Assembly: GCA_964642015.1 (NCBI GenBank)
Contig: CAZXLF010000001.1
Span: 368,168-432,167, forward strand
DNA length: 64,000 bases
Direction of reading: 5' to 3'
DNA from: an uncultured Planctomycetia bacterium
Lineage (GTDB): Bacteria > Omnitrophota > Gorgyraeia > 2-02-FULL-51-18
A program made the translations under genes and the position numbers. The stretch's first letter is position 1. Every line of letters begins with the position of its first letter. Positions 36,669-46,696 of the stretch are shown here, piece after piece. The notes under the pieces were generated by a model that had not been told where the DNA came from, did not search any database, and worked only from the letters and a program-made list of their open reading frames with translations.

Positions 36669-38218
36669 CACATCGCCGTTTGGCCAAATCAGCTGGAACC
36701 ATAGGAGCTTTGACCGGCGTAAGTCGGATACTTGGTTTTGTCCGGGATTTAGTGATCGCCTCAGCTTTCGGTACTAGCGTCAATGCCGAAGCATTCGTAG
36801 TCAGCTTCAAAATTCCTAACCTTTTAAGAGATTTGGTCGGTGAAGGTGCGACGAATGCGGCATTCGTGCCTGTTCTGACCGAATGTTATGAGAAAAAAAG
36901 AGCAGAGTTTTGGGGTCTGGTTTCCACGCTCTTTTATATCATGACAGCTATCCTCATAATGCTTTCTGTGTTGGGCATTGTTTTTAGTCCTCAGATCGTG
37001 GCGCTCATCGCTCCGGGCTTTGTCCATTCTCAGGATCCTGAGAAGTTTCCTTTAGCGGTAAAACTTACAAGGGTGATTTTTCCATATATTTTGCTGATCG
37101 GCTTGTCCGCATTTGCGATGGGAGTTCTCAATTCGCTCAAAGAATTCACAAGCTCCGCTTTTGGCCCCATCCTCTTAAACCTTTCCATGATCGTGTCGGG
37201 ATTTTATTTTGAAAATAAATACGGCCCCATGGCACTGGTGATCGGGGTTCTTGCAGGCGGTGCCTTACAATTAGGTTGCCAGATCCCGCCGCTTTTGAGA
37301 AGCGGTTTTCACATCACAACTCCTACGTTTAATCATTCATCGGCGAAAAGGATCGGCAAGCTATTGATCCCGCGCGCATTAGGCTCGGCATTGTACCAGA
37401 TCAATGTTTTTGTTGATTCAATACTCGCTTCTTTTGAAAATATCGTGGGTCCGGGCGGGCAGTCGGCGCTCTATTATTCGAATCGCCTGTTCCAATTGCC
37501 TCTGGCGATATTCGGTGTGGCACTGTCGCAGGCGATTCTGCCGACTTTTTCAACGCAGATCGTGCGCAAAGACATGCAAGGTTTCAAACAGACGTTTTCA
37601 TTAGCCATTCGCTCGTTGATGCTTGTGGTCCTACCGGCTTCGGTAGGGCTTGTGGTTTTATCCAGGCCAATCGTCAGGATCATATTCGAGCACGGGCGTT
37701 TCAATGCCTATTCGACGATGATCACTTCCAACGCGCTGTTTTTTTATGCTTTTGGATTGCTATCCTGTTGTTTTATTAAGATTCTTGTGAACGCTTTTTA
37801 CGCAATGCAGGATACAAAAACGCCTGTCAAAACCATGGCGTTTGCGGTGACATTGAATGTGATCCTAAGTGTTATTTTTATGATGCGGTTTAAAATAGGC
37901 GGTTTGGCACTTGCATCCAGTCTTTCAGCAACAGTCAATGCAAGTACACTCTATTATCATTTGAGAAAAAGAGTTGGATCGCTCGGTGGACTCCATATTG
38001 CCTCTAGTTTTTTTAAGATACTGACGGCTTCGCTTGTGATGGGAATAGCAGCGTTTTTTTATGACCGGCATGTGTTGAGCGGTTTGACGGCTTCTCATAC
38101 TCATGTGCAAGCGCTTTGTCTGGCACTAGGCATCGCATTGAGCATCTTGATATATCTTGCTGTCGTATGGATATTGAAGATCGAAGAGATGAGGAAACTT
38201 TTGAAATGGCGTCGCTAA
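36662..38218 (+). CDS. murJ: Lipid II flippase MurJ
   Basis: SRILGFVRD, IPNLLRDLVGEGA.NAAFVP, RLFQLPLAIFG, FYAMQDTKTP. Confidence 0.97.
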   Translation: MSTHRRLAKSAGTIGALTGVSRILGFVRDLVIASAFGTSVNAEAFVVSFKIPNLLRDLVGEGATNAAFVPVLTECYEKKRAEFWGLVSTLFYIMTAILIMLSVLGIVFSPQIVALIAPGFVHSQDPEKFPLAVKLTRVIFPYILLIGLSAFAMGVLNSLKEFTSSAFGPILLNLSMIVSGFYFENKYGPMALVIGVLAGGALQLGCQIPPLLRSGFHITTPTFNHSSAKRIGKLLIPRALGSALYQINVFVDSILASFENIVGPGGQSALYYSNRLFQLPLAIFGVALSQAILPTFSTQIVRKDMQGFKQTFSLAIRSLMLVVLPASVGLVVLSRPIVRIIFEHGRFNAYSTMITSNALFFYAFGLLSCCFIKILVNAFYAMQDTKTPVKTMAFAVTLNVILSVIFMMRFKIGGLALASSLSATVNASTLYYHLRKRVGSLGGLHIASSFFKILTASLVMGIAAFFYDRHVLSGLTASHTHVQALCLALGIALSILIYLAVVWILKIEEMRKLLKWRR

Positions 38219-39630
38219 CACAATCTTTGAAAGAGAGGATCGCCAGTCTGCCTGACCGGCCGGGCGTTTATCTTTTCAAGAATCGCGATAAAGTCGCGGT
38301 CTATATCGGAAAGGCACTTTCATTAAAAAAAAGGGTGGTCTCTCATTTTAGATATTTCGGCGAGCGTTTTTCCAGGGAAGGGCGCATGCTCGGCGAAGTG
38401 GCGACCATTGATTTTATTGAAACACCGTCCGAAGAAGAAGCGCTTCTGCTCGAAGCCTCGCTCGTCAAAGAAAATCTCCCTAAGTATAATCAGCAGCTTA
38501 AGGATGATAAAAGTTATCCTTTCTTGAAGATCACGGACGAAGAATTTCCTAGACTGCTTGTTGTTCGCGGCAGAAAACCGGACGGCGGTAAATATTTTGG
38601 GCCCTATACAAGCGCAAAACTATTGAGGCAGGCCGTTTCGATGCTTCGCCGTATTTTTCCGATGCGCACTTGTAATCCGATGCCGGAAAAGGTGTGTCTG
38701 ATGTACTATATCCGCCAATGCCATGGGCCGTGTATCAAAGAGATAGACCCGATCCAGTATGGACGGATCGTCAGGGAACTTGAGCTTTTTTTGAATGGCC
38801 GAAGGGATATTCTGGTAAAAAGTTTGCTCAAGCGTATGAAAGAGCATTCCGCCAGGCGCGAATACGAACAGGCTCAAAGTATTTTTGGAGAGATCAAAGC
38901 ATTGTCGGCGGTGCCGAAATCTGCTCCCGAAACCAGCGGAGACGCAAATCCTGTCAAGATGCTCCGTGATGCGCTGTCGCTGCCGCGCCTTCCGATTCGG
39001 ATGGAAGGTTTTGATATTTCGAATATTTCAGGGAAAGAGGCGGTCGGTTCTATGGTTGTATTTCATGATGCGAAGCCACTGCGAAGCGCTTACAGGCGCT
39101 TTCGTATCAAAACGGTCAAAGGCATTGATGATTACGAGATGATGCGCGAAGTGATCAGTCGCCGTTACACCCGATTGCTTAATGAAAAAGAAACGATGCC
39201 CGATCTCGTTGTGATCGACGGCGGAAAAGGCCATCTTGGTGCGGCAAAATCAGTTTTGGATTCCTTGAATCTGGGCGATCTTCCTATTATATCGATTGCC
39301 AAACAGCACGAATATCTTTTTACGCCTGAACGGGACAGACCGCATATTTTGTCGCCTGCTTCTCCGGCTTTGCAGATGATACAGCATTTGAGAGACGAGG
39401 CGCATCGTTTCGCGATCACGTATCATCGCAAGCTTCATAAAAAGGAAGCGCTTGTTTCCCGATTTGACAGGATACCTGGAGTCGGACCAAAAACGAAAGC
39501 AAAAATTTTCAGAAAATTTGGTACAATATCGAAGATAAGGACTTTATCTGAAAACGATCTAGTGATAAAATTAGGACTGAGCGAAAAGATCGCCAGAGAA
39601 ATCCTGAGGACAGTCAAAGAGGGGATATGA
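38206..39630 (+). CDS. uvrC: Excinuclease ABC subunit C (compact form)
   Basis: LPDRPGVYLF, YIGKA..LKKRV, LKDDKSYP, GFDISN, IDGGKG, RDEAHRFA, IPGVG. ATG 38206 preferred. Confidence 0.93.
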   Translation: MASLTQSLKERIASLPDRPGVYLFKNRDKVAVYIGKALSLKKRVVSHFRYFGERFSREGRMLGEVATIDFIETPSEEEALLLEASLVKENLPKYNQQLKDDKSYPFLKITDEEFPRLLVVRGRKPDGGKYFGPYTSAKLLRQAVSMLRRIFPMRTCNPMPEKVCLMYYIRQCHGPCIKEIDPIQYGRIVRELELFLNGRRDILVKSLLKRMKEHSARREYEQAQSIFGEIKALSAVPKSAPETSGDANPVKMLRDALSLPRLPIRMEGFDISNISGKEAVGSMVVFHDAKPLRSAYRRFRIKTVKGIDDYEMMREVISRRYTRLLNEKETMPDLVVIDGGKGHLGAAKSVLDSLNLGDLPIISIAKQHEYLFTPERDRPHILSPASPALQMIQHLRDEAHRFAITYHRKLHKKEALVSRFDRIPGVGPKTKAKIFRKFGTISKIRTLSENDLVIKLGLSEKIAREILRTVKEGI

Positions 39631-39631
39631 G

Positions 39632-41179
39632 ATGAAACGTGCGACGAAACCAAGTTCAAAAGCGATTTTGGCAGGCGCGTTTTTACTTTTAACAATTTCT
39701 TCGGCTGCCGCAGAAGGGGATAAATCGCTCAAGATGCTTCAAGAAACTGTTGCCGTCAAACCCGAGGATAGCGACGCGCATTATAATCTGGCCAACGGTC
39801 TTTTGAACCGCGGTTATTTGGATCAAGCGATCGAAGAGTATCGCCAGACAATCCGATTGAATCCTAATGACGCGGATGCCCATAATAATTTAGGCGTCAT
39901 TTTTTATCAAAGAGGTTCTTTAGATGACGCGGCTGAACAGCTGAATGAAGCGGTCAAATTGAATCCGGATTCGTCCGCCGCTCATACAAATCTCGGTAAC
40001 GTGCTCTATGCAAAAGGCCAGGTCGATGAGGCGGTTAGGGAATATAAAAAGGCGCTCAAGATCCAACCGAAGAATTCAGAAGCCAAGGATAATTTGGATC
40101 AGATCACCGAAGAGCGAAAATCATCGATCCGTAAAGTGGATCAAGGTAAAAAAAGAAGAGAGGTTCAGGAAGCCAAAAAAGCCAAAGCATTGGAAAAGGC
40201 TGAAAAGGACAAAAAATTAGCAGAAGAAAAACAGCGTAAAAAAGAAGAGGCTGAGCTTGCTAAAAAAGCCAAAAAAGAACAGGAAGAAAAGAAAAAAGAA
40301 GAGCGTAAGCAGGCGAAATTAGCGGAAAAAGCCAAGAGAGAGGAAGACGCCCGATTACGCAAAGAAGCTAAAAAATTGGCTGATCAAAAAGCGCAGGAAG
40401 CCAGAGAACAGCGGGCTGAAGATATAAGGAAGGCGAGGGAAGAGAAGGTGCGTGAAGAAGCCGAGCATATGAGCAAGAAAAAAGCGGAAGAGGAAGCCGC
40501 TACGTTTGAGGCAGAACGAGCGGCCGAGTCTAAAAAAGCCCAGGCAGCGCAAGAGGAAGAAAGCAGGAAGGCTGAGGAAGCCAAAAAAATAGAGCAGACA
40601 AAAGCCGAACAACCCGAAGCGCAAGTACAGTCTGAGATCTCAAAAAAAGCGGAGGCGACCGAGGCGCCGCAAGTCGAAGAAAAAAAAGCCGAAGAACCTC
40701 AAGCGCCGACAAATGCCGAGGAGGCTAAAGTTGGGCAGACAAAAGCATCGCCGCAGGATGAAACGTCGCGGAAGGCCCGCGAGGCCCAGGAAGCGCGAAA
40801 TGCAGAAGCTGGCGAGCGATATAAACAAGGTTTGACGTTTTACAATGAAGGCCGTTCAGAAGATGCGATAAGGAAATATAAGGAAGCCCTGATCATTAAA
40901 CCGGACTATATTGACGCTCATTATAGTTTGGGCATTGCGTATGATGAACAAGGAAATCTGAGTGACGCGATACGTGAGTATCAAAAATTTTTGAGATTAG
41001 CTCCGGGGAACGTGGACGTGATGTACGATCTCGGCCTGGCGCTGTACCATAAAAAAGATTCTCACCGGGCCGTAGCTGTTTTGACCCGTTTTATTGATAC
41101 CGCCCCCGCTGATTACGCGAAAAAGATCGAGCTATCTAAGAACATCATCAATGAACTCTCATTGAACCAGAATAGATGA
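39632..41179 (+). CDS. Exported TPR protein with a long central K/E/A-rich linker
   Basis: Signal peptide; N-terminal TPRs (AHYNLA, AHNNLG, AHTNLG); charged helical linker; C-terminal TPRs (AHYSLG, YDLGL). Confidence 0.85.
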   Translation: MKRATKPSSKAILAGAFLLLTISSAAAEGDKSLKMLQETVAVKPEDSDAHYNLANGLLNRGYLDQAIEEYRQTIRLNPNDADAHNNLGVIFYQRGSLDDAAEQLNEAVKLNPDSSAAHTNLGNVLYAKGQVDEAVREYKKALKIQPKNSEAKDNLDQITEERKSSIRKVDQGKKRREVQEAKKAKALEKAEKDKKLAEEKQRKKEEAELAKKAKKEQEEKKKEERKQAKLAEKAKREEDARLRKEAKKLADQKAQEAREQRAEDIRKAREEKVREEAEHMSKKKAEEEAATFEAERAAESKKAQAAQEEESRKAEEAKKIEQTKAEQPEAQVQSEISKKAEATEAPQVEEKKAEEPQAPTNAEEAKVGQTKASPQDETSRKAREAQEARNAEAGERYKQGLTFYNEGRSEDAIRKYKEALIIKPDYIDAHYSLGIAYDEQGNLSDAIREYQKFLRLAPGNVDVMYDLGLALYHKKDSHRAVAVLTRFIDTAPADYAKKIELSKNIINELSLNQNR

Positions 41180-41259
41180 AATCAGGATTTTTGTATCTTC
41201 CTACGCGAATTCAATGTTAGAATCTACCCTTTATTAAAATTCAGAGGAATCAAAACCTG

Positions 41260-42358
41260 ATGAAAAAAGAATTGTTGGAAAAAGTAAAGGCTTCTGCGGA
41301 ACGATTGGATGCCTTAGGGAGGTTTCTTTGATGTTCCGAAAATGCAAGCCAGGATCGAGGAACTTGAAAAAGAGATTTCAAGCCCCGATTTTTGGGCGAA
41401 TCCTGAAATTAAAAATTCCGTCATCCAAGAGCTCAAAAAGCTGAAAAGTCAGTCGGGCCCATACCTTGTGTTGCAGAAAGAGCAGCATGACGTCGAAGGC
41501 TTGCTGGATATTGTGGAGGATGCTGATTCCGACGGTTTAAAGCATCTTGAAGAAGAGATCGAGAAACTGGCCAAAAAGATAGAGCTTCTTGAATTTCAAA
41601 AGCTTTTGAGCGGGCCGAACGACAGGAACAGCGCGATCTTAAGTATTAACGCCGGAGCGGGAGGCACTGAGTCTTGCGATTGGGCCTCGATGTTACTTAG
41701 GATGTATCACCGCTGGTCAGAAGACCAAGGCTACAAGGTCGAAATGATCGATGCGCTTGCAGGCGAGGAAGCCGGGATTAAGAATACGACCGTGCTAATC
41801 GAAGGGGACTTTGCTTACGGTTATTTGAAAGCAGAGAATGGTGTTCACCGGTTAGTGCGCATTTCGCCGTTTGATGCGAATAAACGACGGCACACCTCTT
41901 TTGCTTCGGTGGAAGTGATCCCTGAGGTGGAGGATGATATTAAGATAGAGATAAAAGATCAGGATGTCCGGGTCGATGTGTTCCGATCAGGCGGCAAAGG
42001 CGGACAGGGCGTCAACACGACGGATTCGGCAGTAAGGATCACACATATTTCTTCGGGGATCGTGGTTCAGTGCCAAAATGAAAGATCGCAGATCAAGAAC
42101 AAGGCTACGGCAATGAAAGTGCTGAAAAGCCGCTTGTATGAAAGAGAAATGAATAAGAGGCAGGAATCCCAGCAAAATAGCTATAACCAGAAGCAAGAGA
42201 TCGCCTGGGGCAGTCAGATCCGTTCCTACGTGTTGCATCCTTATAATATGGTCAAAGATCACCGGACGAATTGCGAAACCTCGAACGCGACCGGTGTTCT
42301 CAACGGCGACATCACCGAATTTTTGGAAGCTTATTTGAAACAGCAGAAAAATGATTAA
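41260..42358 (+). CDS. prfB: Peptide chain release factor 2, with programmed +1 frameshift
   Basis: ORF1 runs from ATG 41260 to CTT-TGA (41326-41331). The +1 frame continues TTT GAT GTT CCG AAA ATG into the 41342 ORF, which has GAGGTES, SPF and GGQ motifs. Confidence 0.96.
41316..41332 (+). promoter_or_regulatory. prfB frameshift cassette
   Basis: Internal SD AGGGAGG, 3-nt spacer, then CTT TGA T. Confidence 0.92.
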
Positions 42359-44942
42359 TTGGATCTTATCTAAAACGATCGGCACACAGAACGACCGCAT
42401 GCTCAGGCGTTTTACACCCGTTGTTCAAAAGATCAATGCGCTTGAGCCGGAAATATCCAGACTGAGCGATCCCGAGTTACAAGCAAAAACGAATATTTTT
42501 AGAGAACGCATCAGTAAAGGCGAGACGCTTGATAACTTACTTCCTGAGGCGTTCGCCGTCGTGCGTGAAGCAGGTCGCCGTGTTCTCAAAATGAGACATT
42601 TTGACGTTCAGCTTATTGGCGGCATGGCACTTCATTCAGGCAAGATCGCCGAAATGGCTACCGGCGAAGGAAAGACGCTCGTTGCGACACTGGCAGTTTA
42701 TTTGAATGCGTTGACAGGAAAAGGTGTGCATGTCATTACAGTGAATGATTACCTCGCCAAGCGCGATCGGGAGTGGATGGGTCCGATCTATGAATTTCTG
42801 GGATTGACGATCGGTGTGATCCAGCACAACTCTTCTCAAGAAGAACGCCAAAGAGCCTACCGAAGTGACATTACTTACGGTACGAATAATGAATTCGGGT
42901 TCGATTATCTAAGAGACAACATGGTGCGCCATGTCAGCCAACGGGTGCAGCGCCCGCTTCATTATGCGATCGTCGACGAAGTTGACAGCATTTTGGTCGA
43001 TGAAGCAAGGACACCGCTTATCATCTCGGGTCCCAGCGAAGAATCGACCGACAAATATGTTCGTATCGATAAAATCATTCCGAGTCTAAAGAAAGATGAA
43101 GATTATCAGATCGAGGAAAAAACCAGGACCGTTGCATTGACGGACAAAGGAAATAAGAAGGCGGAAGACGCGCTTGGCGTCGAGAATCTTTATGATCCGA
43201 CGAATGTTGAACTTGTGCACCATGTGAACCAAGCGCTCAGGGCGCATGCATTATTCAAAAAAGACGTCGATTATGTCGTTAAAGACAATGAAGTCATTAT
43301 TGTGGACGAATTCACCGGACGTTTGATGCCAGGCCGGCGCTATTCCGACGGCCTTCATCAAGCGCTTGAAGCAAAAGAAGAAGTGAAGGTCGAAGAAGAA
43401 AACCAGACTTTGGCGACGGTGACGTTCCAGAATTATTTTAGGATGTATGAGAAGTTAAGCGGTATGACCGGCACCGCTTTGACCGAAGCGCAGGAATTTC
43501 ATGAAATTTATAAACTCGGAGTTCTTGTGATTCCCACTAATAGGCCGTTGTCTCGGCAAAATTATGCCGACCAGATATACCGGACCGAAAGCGAAAAATT
43601 CAATGCCGTTGTGAACGAGATCGCCGCTTTGCATGTGAAAGGCAGACCCGTGCTTGTCGGCACAGTCTCGATAGAAAAATCGGAGCATTTAAGCTCGCTT
43701 CTTAAAAAGCGCCATGTTTTGCACAATGTTTTGAATGCTAAATATCATGAAATGGAAGCCGAGATCATCAAACAAGCGGGTCAGAAAAGCGCCGTGACGA
43801 TCGCGACGAACATGGCCGGCCGCGGAACAGACATCGTTCTTGGCGATGGCGTAAAGGATCTCGGCGGTCTGCACGTGATCGGTACTGAGCGGCATGAAGC
43901 CAGACGCATTGATAATCAGTTGCGCGGACGCTCAGGCCGTCAAGGCGATCCGGGATCGTCAAGGTTTTATCTATCATTGGAAGATGATTTGATGAGAATA
44001 TTCGGCTCCGAAAGGATTTCGGGTTTGATGCAGCGCCTGGGCATGGAAGAAGGCCAGGAGATCGAGCACCCGTTTATCACAAAGGCGGTTGAAAATGCGC
44101 AGAAACGTGTCGAAGGGCGGAATTTTGAAATCCGAAAACAATTGCTGGAATATGACAATGTCATGAATCGCCAACGCGAGGTTATTTATGAGGAACGCCG
44201 CAAGGTGCTCGAAGGCGAGAATTTGAGGGAACATTTTTTCGGGATGATCGAGGAGGTGGTCGATGAGATCGCGGCTGGCTATTCTCCGAGCCATGAGGAT
44301 GGTTTTAAAGGTCTGTCGGAGAGGGTCAGGAAAATTTTCCCGATTCATTTGGATGGATTAGAGGAGAGCGCAGGAGATATCTTGGTTGAGGAGCTGATCA
44401 AAAGAGCCAAGACGGCTTATGAGGCCAAAGAAAAAGAAGTCGGCGAAGAACCGCTAAGACATCTTGAACGTATGATCTTATTGGACGTGGTGGATTCTAA
44501 ATGGAAAGATCATCTGAGGAATACGGACAATCTGCGGGAAGGGATCGGTCTGAGAGCCTATGGACAAAAGGACCCTCTGGTTGAATATCGTCGTGAAGCC
44601 TTCGAAGCATTTCAAGAGATGATCTACGCGATCAAAGAAGATTCACTCCAGTTTATTTTCCGAGTACAACCAGTGATGCCTGAAAAAGTGGCTCAAATAC
44701 AAGCGAAAAAAGCGGTGCCGATGAATTTTATCCATCCCGATCCGGAAAAAATAAAACCTGCGGCACTTTCTCCTGAACCGGTAACCGACGACACCGAGAA
44801 TGGCCGCATGAACGGTATGGAACTGCCTTTGGGCCATACCCCCAAACCTCAAGCGACAGTCCACGCTGAAAATAAGGTTGGTCGCAACGACCCTTGTCCC
44901 TGCGGGAGCGGCAAAAAGTATAAGAAGTGCCATGGTCAATAG
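42351..44942 (+). CDS. secA: Protein translocase ATPase SecA
   Basis: [69 protein letters not shown]. Confidence 0.99.
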   Translation: MINWILSKTIGTQNDRMLRRFTPVVQKINALEPEISRLSDPELQAKTNIFRERISKGETLDNLLPEAFAVVREAGRRVLKMRHFDVQLIGGMALHSGKIAEMATGEGKTLVATLAVYLNALTGKGVHVITVNDYLAKRDREWMGPIYEFLGLTIGVIQHNSSQEERQRAYRSDITYGTNNEFGFDYLRDNMVRHVSQRVQRPLHYAIVDEVDSILVDEARTPLIISGPSEESTDKYVRIDKIIPSLKKDEDYQIEEKTRTVALTDKGNKKAEDALGVENLYDPTNVELVHHVNQALRAHALFKKDVDYVVKDNEVIIVDEFTGRLMPGRRYSDGLHQALEAKEEVKVEEENQTLATVTFQNYFRMYEKLSGMTGTALTEAQEFHEIYKLGVLVIPTNRPLSRQNYADQIYRTESEKFNAVVNEIAALHVKGRPVLVGTVSIEKSEHLSSLLKKRHVLHNVLNAKYHEMEAEIIKQAGQKSAVTIATNMAGRGTDIVLGDGVKDLGGLHVIGTERHEARRIDNQLRGRSGRQGDPGSSRFYLSLEDDLMRIFGSERISGLMQRLGMEEGQEIEHPFITKAVENAQKRVEGRNFEIRKQLLEYDNVMNRQREVIYEERRKVLEGENLREHFFGMIEEVVDEIAAGYSPSHEDGFKGLSERVRKIFPIHLDGLEESAGDILVEELIKRAKTAYEAKEKEVGEEPLRHLERMILLDVVDSKWKDHLRNTDNLREGIGLRAYGQKDPLVEYRREAFEAFQEMIYAIKEDSLQFIFRVQPVMPEKVAQIQAKKAVPMNFIHPDPEKIKPAALSPEPVTDDTENGRMNGMELPLGHTPKPQATVHAENKVGRNDPCPCGSGKKYKKCHGQ

Positions 44943-44964
44943 GGCATCGCTTGACTGACAATCG

Positions 44965-46581
44965 ATGCTGCGCCGATTAAAAAACTTACTATTTACCGCT
45001 ATTTCCGCAGTTCTTTTGACGCTTCCGTATCATTTTCCCAGTCTGGGGTTTACTGCCTTTTTTGCTTTTATTCCTTTTTTCTTTGTGCTTGATTCCAAAG
45101 CTTCTGCGTTCAAGTATTCTTACGTCTTCGGTTTTTTGTTTTTTAGTTTATCCGGCTATTGGCTGACGAACGTGAATGTGTTGGGTTATGTGCTTTTGGC
45201 TATGTACCTGGCGATTTATTTTGTTTTTTTTAGTCTGTTCGCCGCTAAATTTATTGATCCCCCCGCTGATTTTAACAAGACCAATATGGCGTTTTTGGTC
45301 AAGGCCTCGTTTTATTTGCCTGCTTTCTGGGTCGCGATGGAGATGTTGCGCGCATGGGCGATAGGCGGTTTACCGTGGGCACTTTTAGGATACAGTCAAT
45401 GGAAAAACATCGTCTTCATCCAGATCGCTGATATCACCAGTGTTTATGGTGTCTCATTCTTCGTTATGGCCGTTAATATCATTCTGTTTCAGATCTTCCG
45501 CATAGTTTTGATGAAAAATGATCAGCTGGCGTTCAGAGGCGTCTCGCCAGACAGGCGTAGAAAGATTGCGGTCCTGCTTGCTGAAGTACTTTTGGGTCTT
45601 TTTTTTGTGGTCTGCGGATATGGAATATGGACTCTAAAGTCGTGGGAAGCTTTTTATTCGTCGCCGGCCCAGAAAGCAATGATACGGATCTCGGTGCTTC
45701 AGGGGAATATCCCGCAGGATGAAAAATGGGACGCGAAGATAAAAAATATCATTTTTGAAAAATACAAACGATTGACACTGATGAGCGCTATTGAGAAATC
45801 AGATCTGATCGTTTGGCCTGAAACATCATTCCCGGGGTATTTAGAAGATGAAGCGGCGATGGCGGCTCAGTTAAGGAATGTGGTTCGCGAATCTAAGACG
45901 AACGTGCTTGTCGGCGCGCCGACTTTCGGCGACCTTGAAAAGGGATTACGTTTTTATAACAGTGCGGTTTTGTACGGCGCTGATGGCGAAGAGAAAAAAA
46001 GGTACAGCAAGTTGCACCTGGTCCCTTTCGGTGAATACGTGCCTTTTGAGCCATTCACCAGTTTTATCAGGAATTTTGTACAGATAGGACATTTTACGGC
46101 CGGTACTGAAAAAACGATCTTCACGATCAATACGCGCTATCAAGACCCGAATATCAAAGCAAAATTCGCCACACTTATCTGCTATGAAGATATTTTTCCC
46201 GGGCTCGTGAGAGATTTTTGTAAAGGCGGAGCCGATTTCCTGATCAATATGACTAACGATGCATGGTTCGGAAAAACATCAGCACCTTATCAACATGCTG
46301 AAGCGTCTGTCTTTCGCGCGGTGGAAAATAGAGTGAACGTCGTGCGAGCCACCAATACCGGATTTTCCTGTTTTATTTCTCCCGAGGGGAAGGTGCTGGG
46401 TTCAGTAAAAGAGAATGGTGAAGAGATCTTTGTGACTGGTCACAAAGCTTGCGAGCTTATCCTGAGAAAAGGGAGGAGTTTTTACACCCGCTTCGGCGAT
46501 GTTTTTGCGTTTTTTTGCATCCTCCTATGTTTTGTGGCCTATAAAGACCTGTCCAAACACAGGACCTACGCCAGACTTTAA
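44965..46581 (+). CDS. lnt: Apolipoprotein N-acyltransferase
   Basis: PWALLGYSQ, QGNIPQ, WPETS, KLHLVPFGEYVP, ICYED, TNDAWF, RATNTG. Confidence 0.97.
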   Translation: MLRRLKNLLFTAISAVLLTLPYHFPSLGFTAFFAFIPFFFVLDSKASAFKYSYVFGFLFFSLSGYWLTNVNVLGYVLLAMYLAIYFVFFSLFAAKFIDPPADFNKTNMAFLVKASFYLPAFWVAMEMLRAWAIGGLPWALLGYSQWKNIVFIQIADITSVYGVSFFVMAVNIILFQIFRIVLMKNDQLAFRGVSPDRRRKIAVLLAEVLLGLFFVVCGYGIWTLKSWEAFYSSPAQKAMIRISVLQGNIPQDEKWDAKIKNIIFEKYKRLTLMSAIEKSDLIVWPETSFPGYLEDEAAMAAQLRNVVRESKTNVLVGAPTFGDLEKGLRFYNSAVLYGADGEEKKRYSKLHLVPFGEYVPFEPFTSFIRNFVQIGHFTAGTEKTIFTINTRYQDPNIKAKFATLICYEDIFPGLVRDFCKGGADFLINMTNDAWFGKTSAPYQHAEASVFRAVENRVNVVRATNTGFSCFISPEGKVLGSVKENGEEIFVTGHKACELILRKGRSFYTRFGDVFAFFCILLCFVAYKDLSKHRTYARL

Positions 46582-46611
46582 GCAATCTAAGTAAGTTTTA
46601 GTTCTGTTTGA

Positions 46612-46640
46612 TTGACTTCCCCCATGCCAGCCGATATAAT
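46612..46640 (+). promoter_or_regulatory. sigma70 promoter of the lysS operon
   Basis: TTGACT, 17 nt, TATAAT. Confidence 0.75.
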
Positions 46641-46696
46641 GACGACTTAATATAATTTCCTAACAATACTGAAATAAATAGGTTACGAAGGGTTGC

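Noticed and set aside
40140-40800. Repetitive A/G-rich DNA resembling a tandem repeat or array
   Set aside because: Explained by K/E/A-rich coding sequence; no fixed repeat unit or spacers, so not CRISPR.
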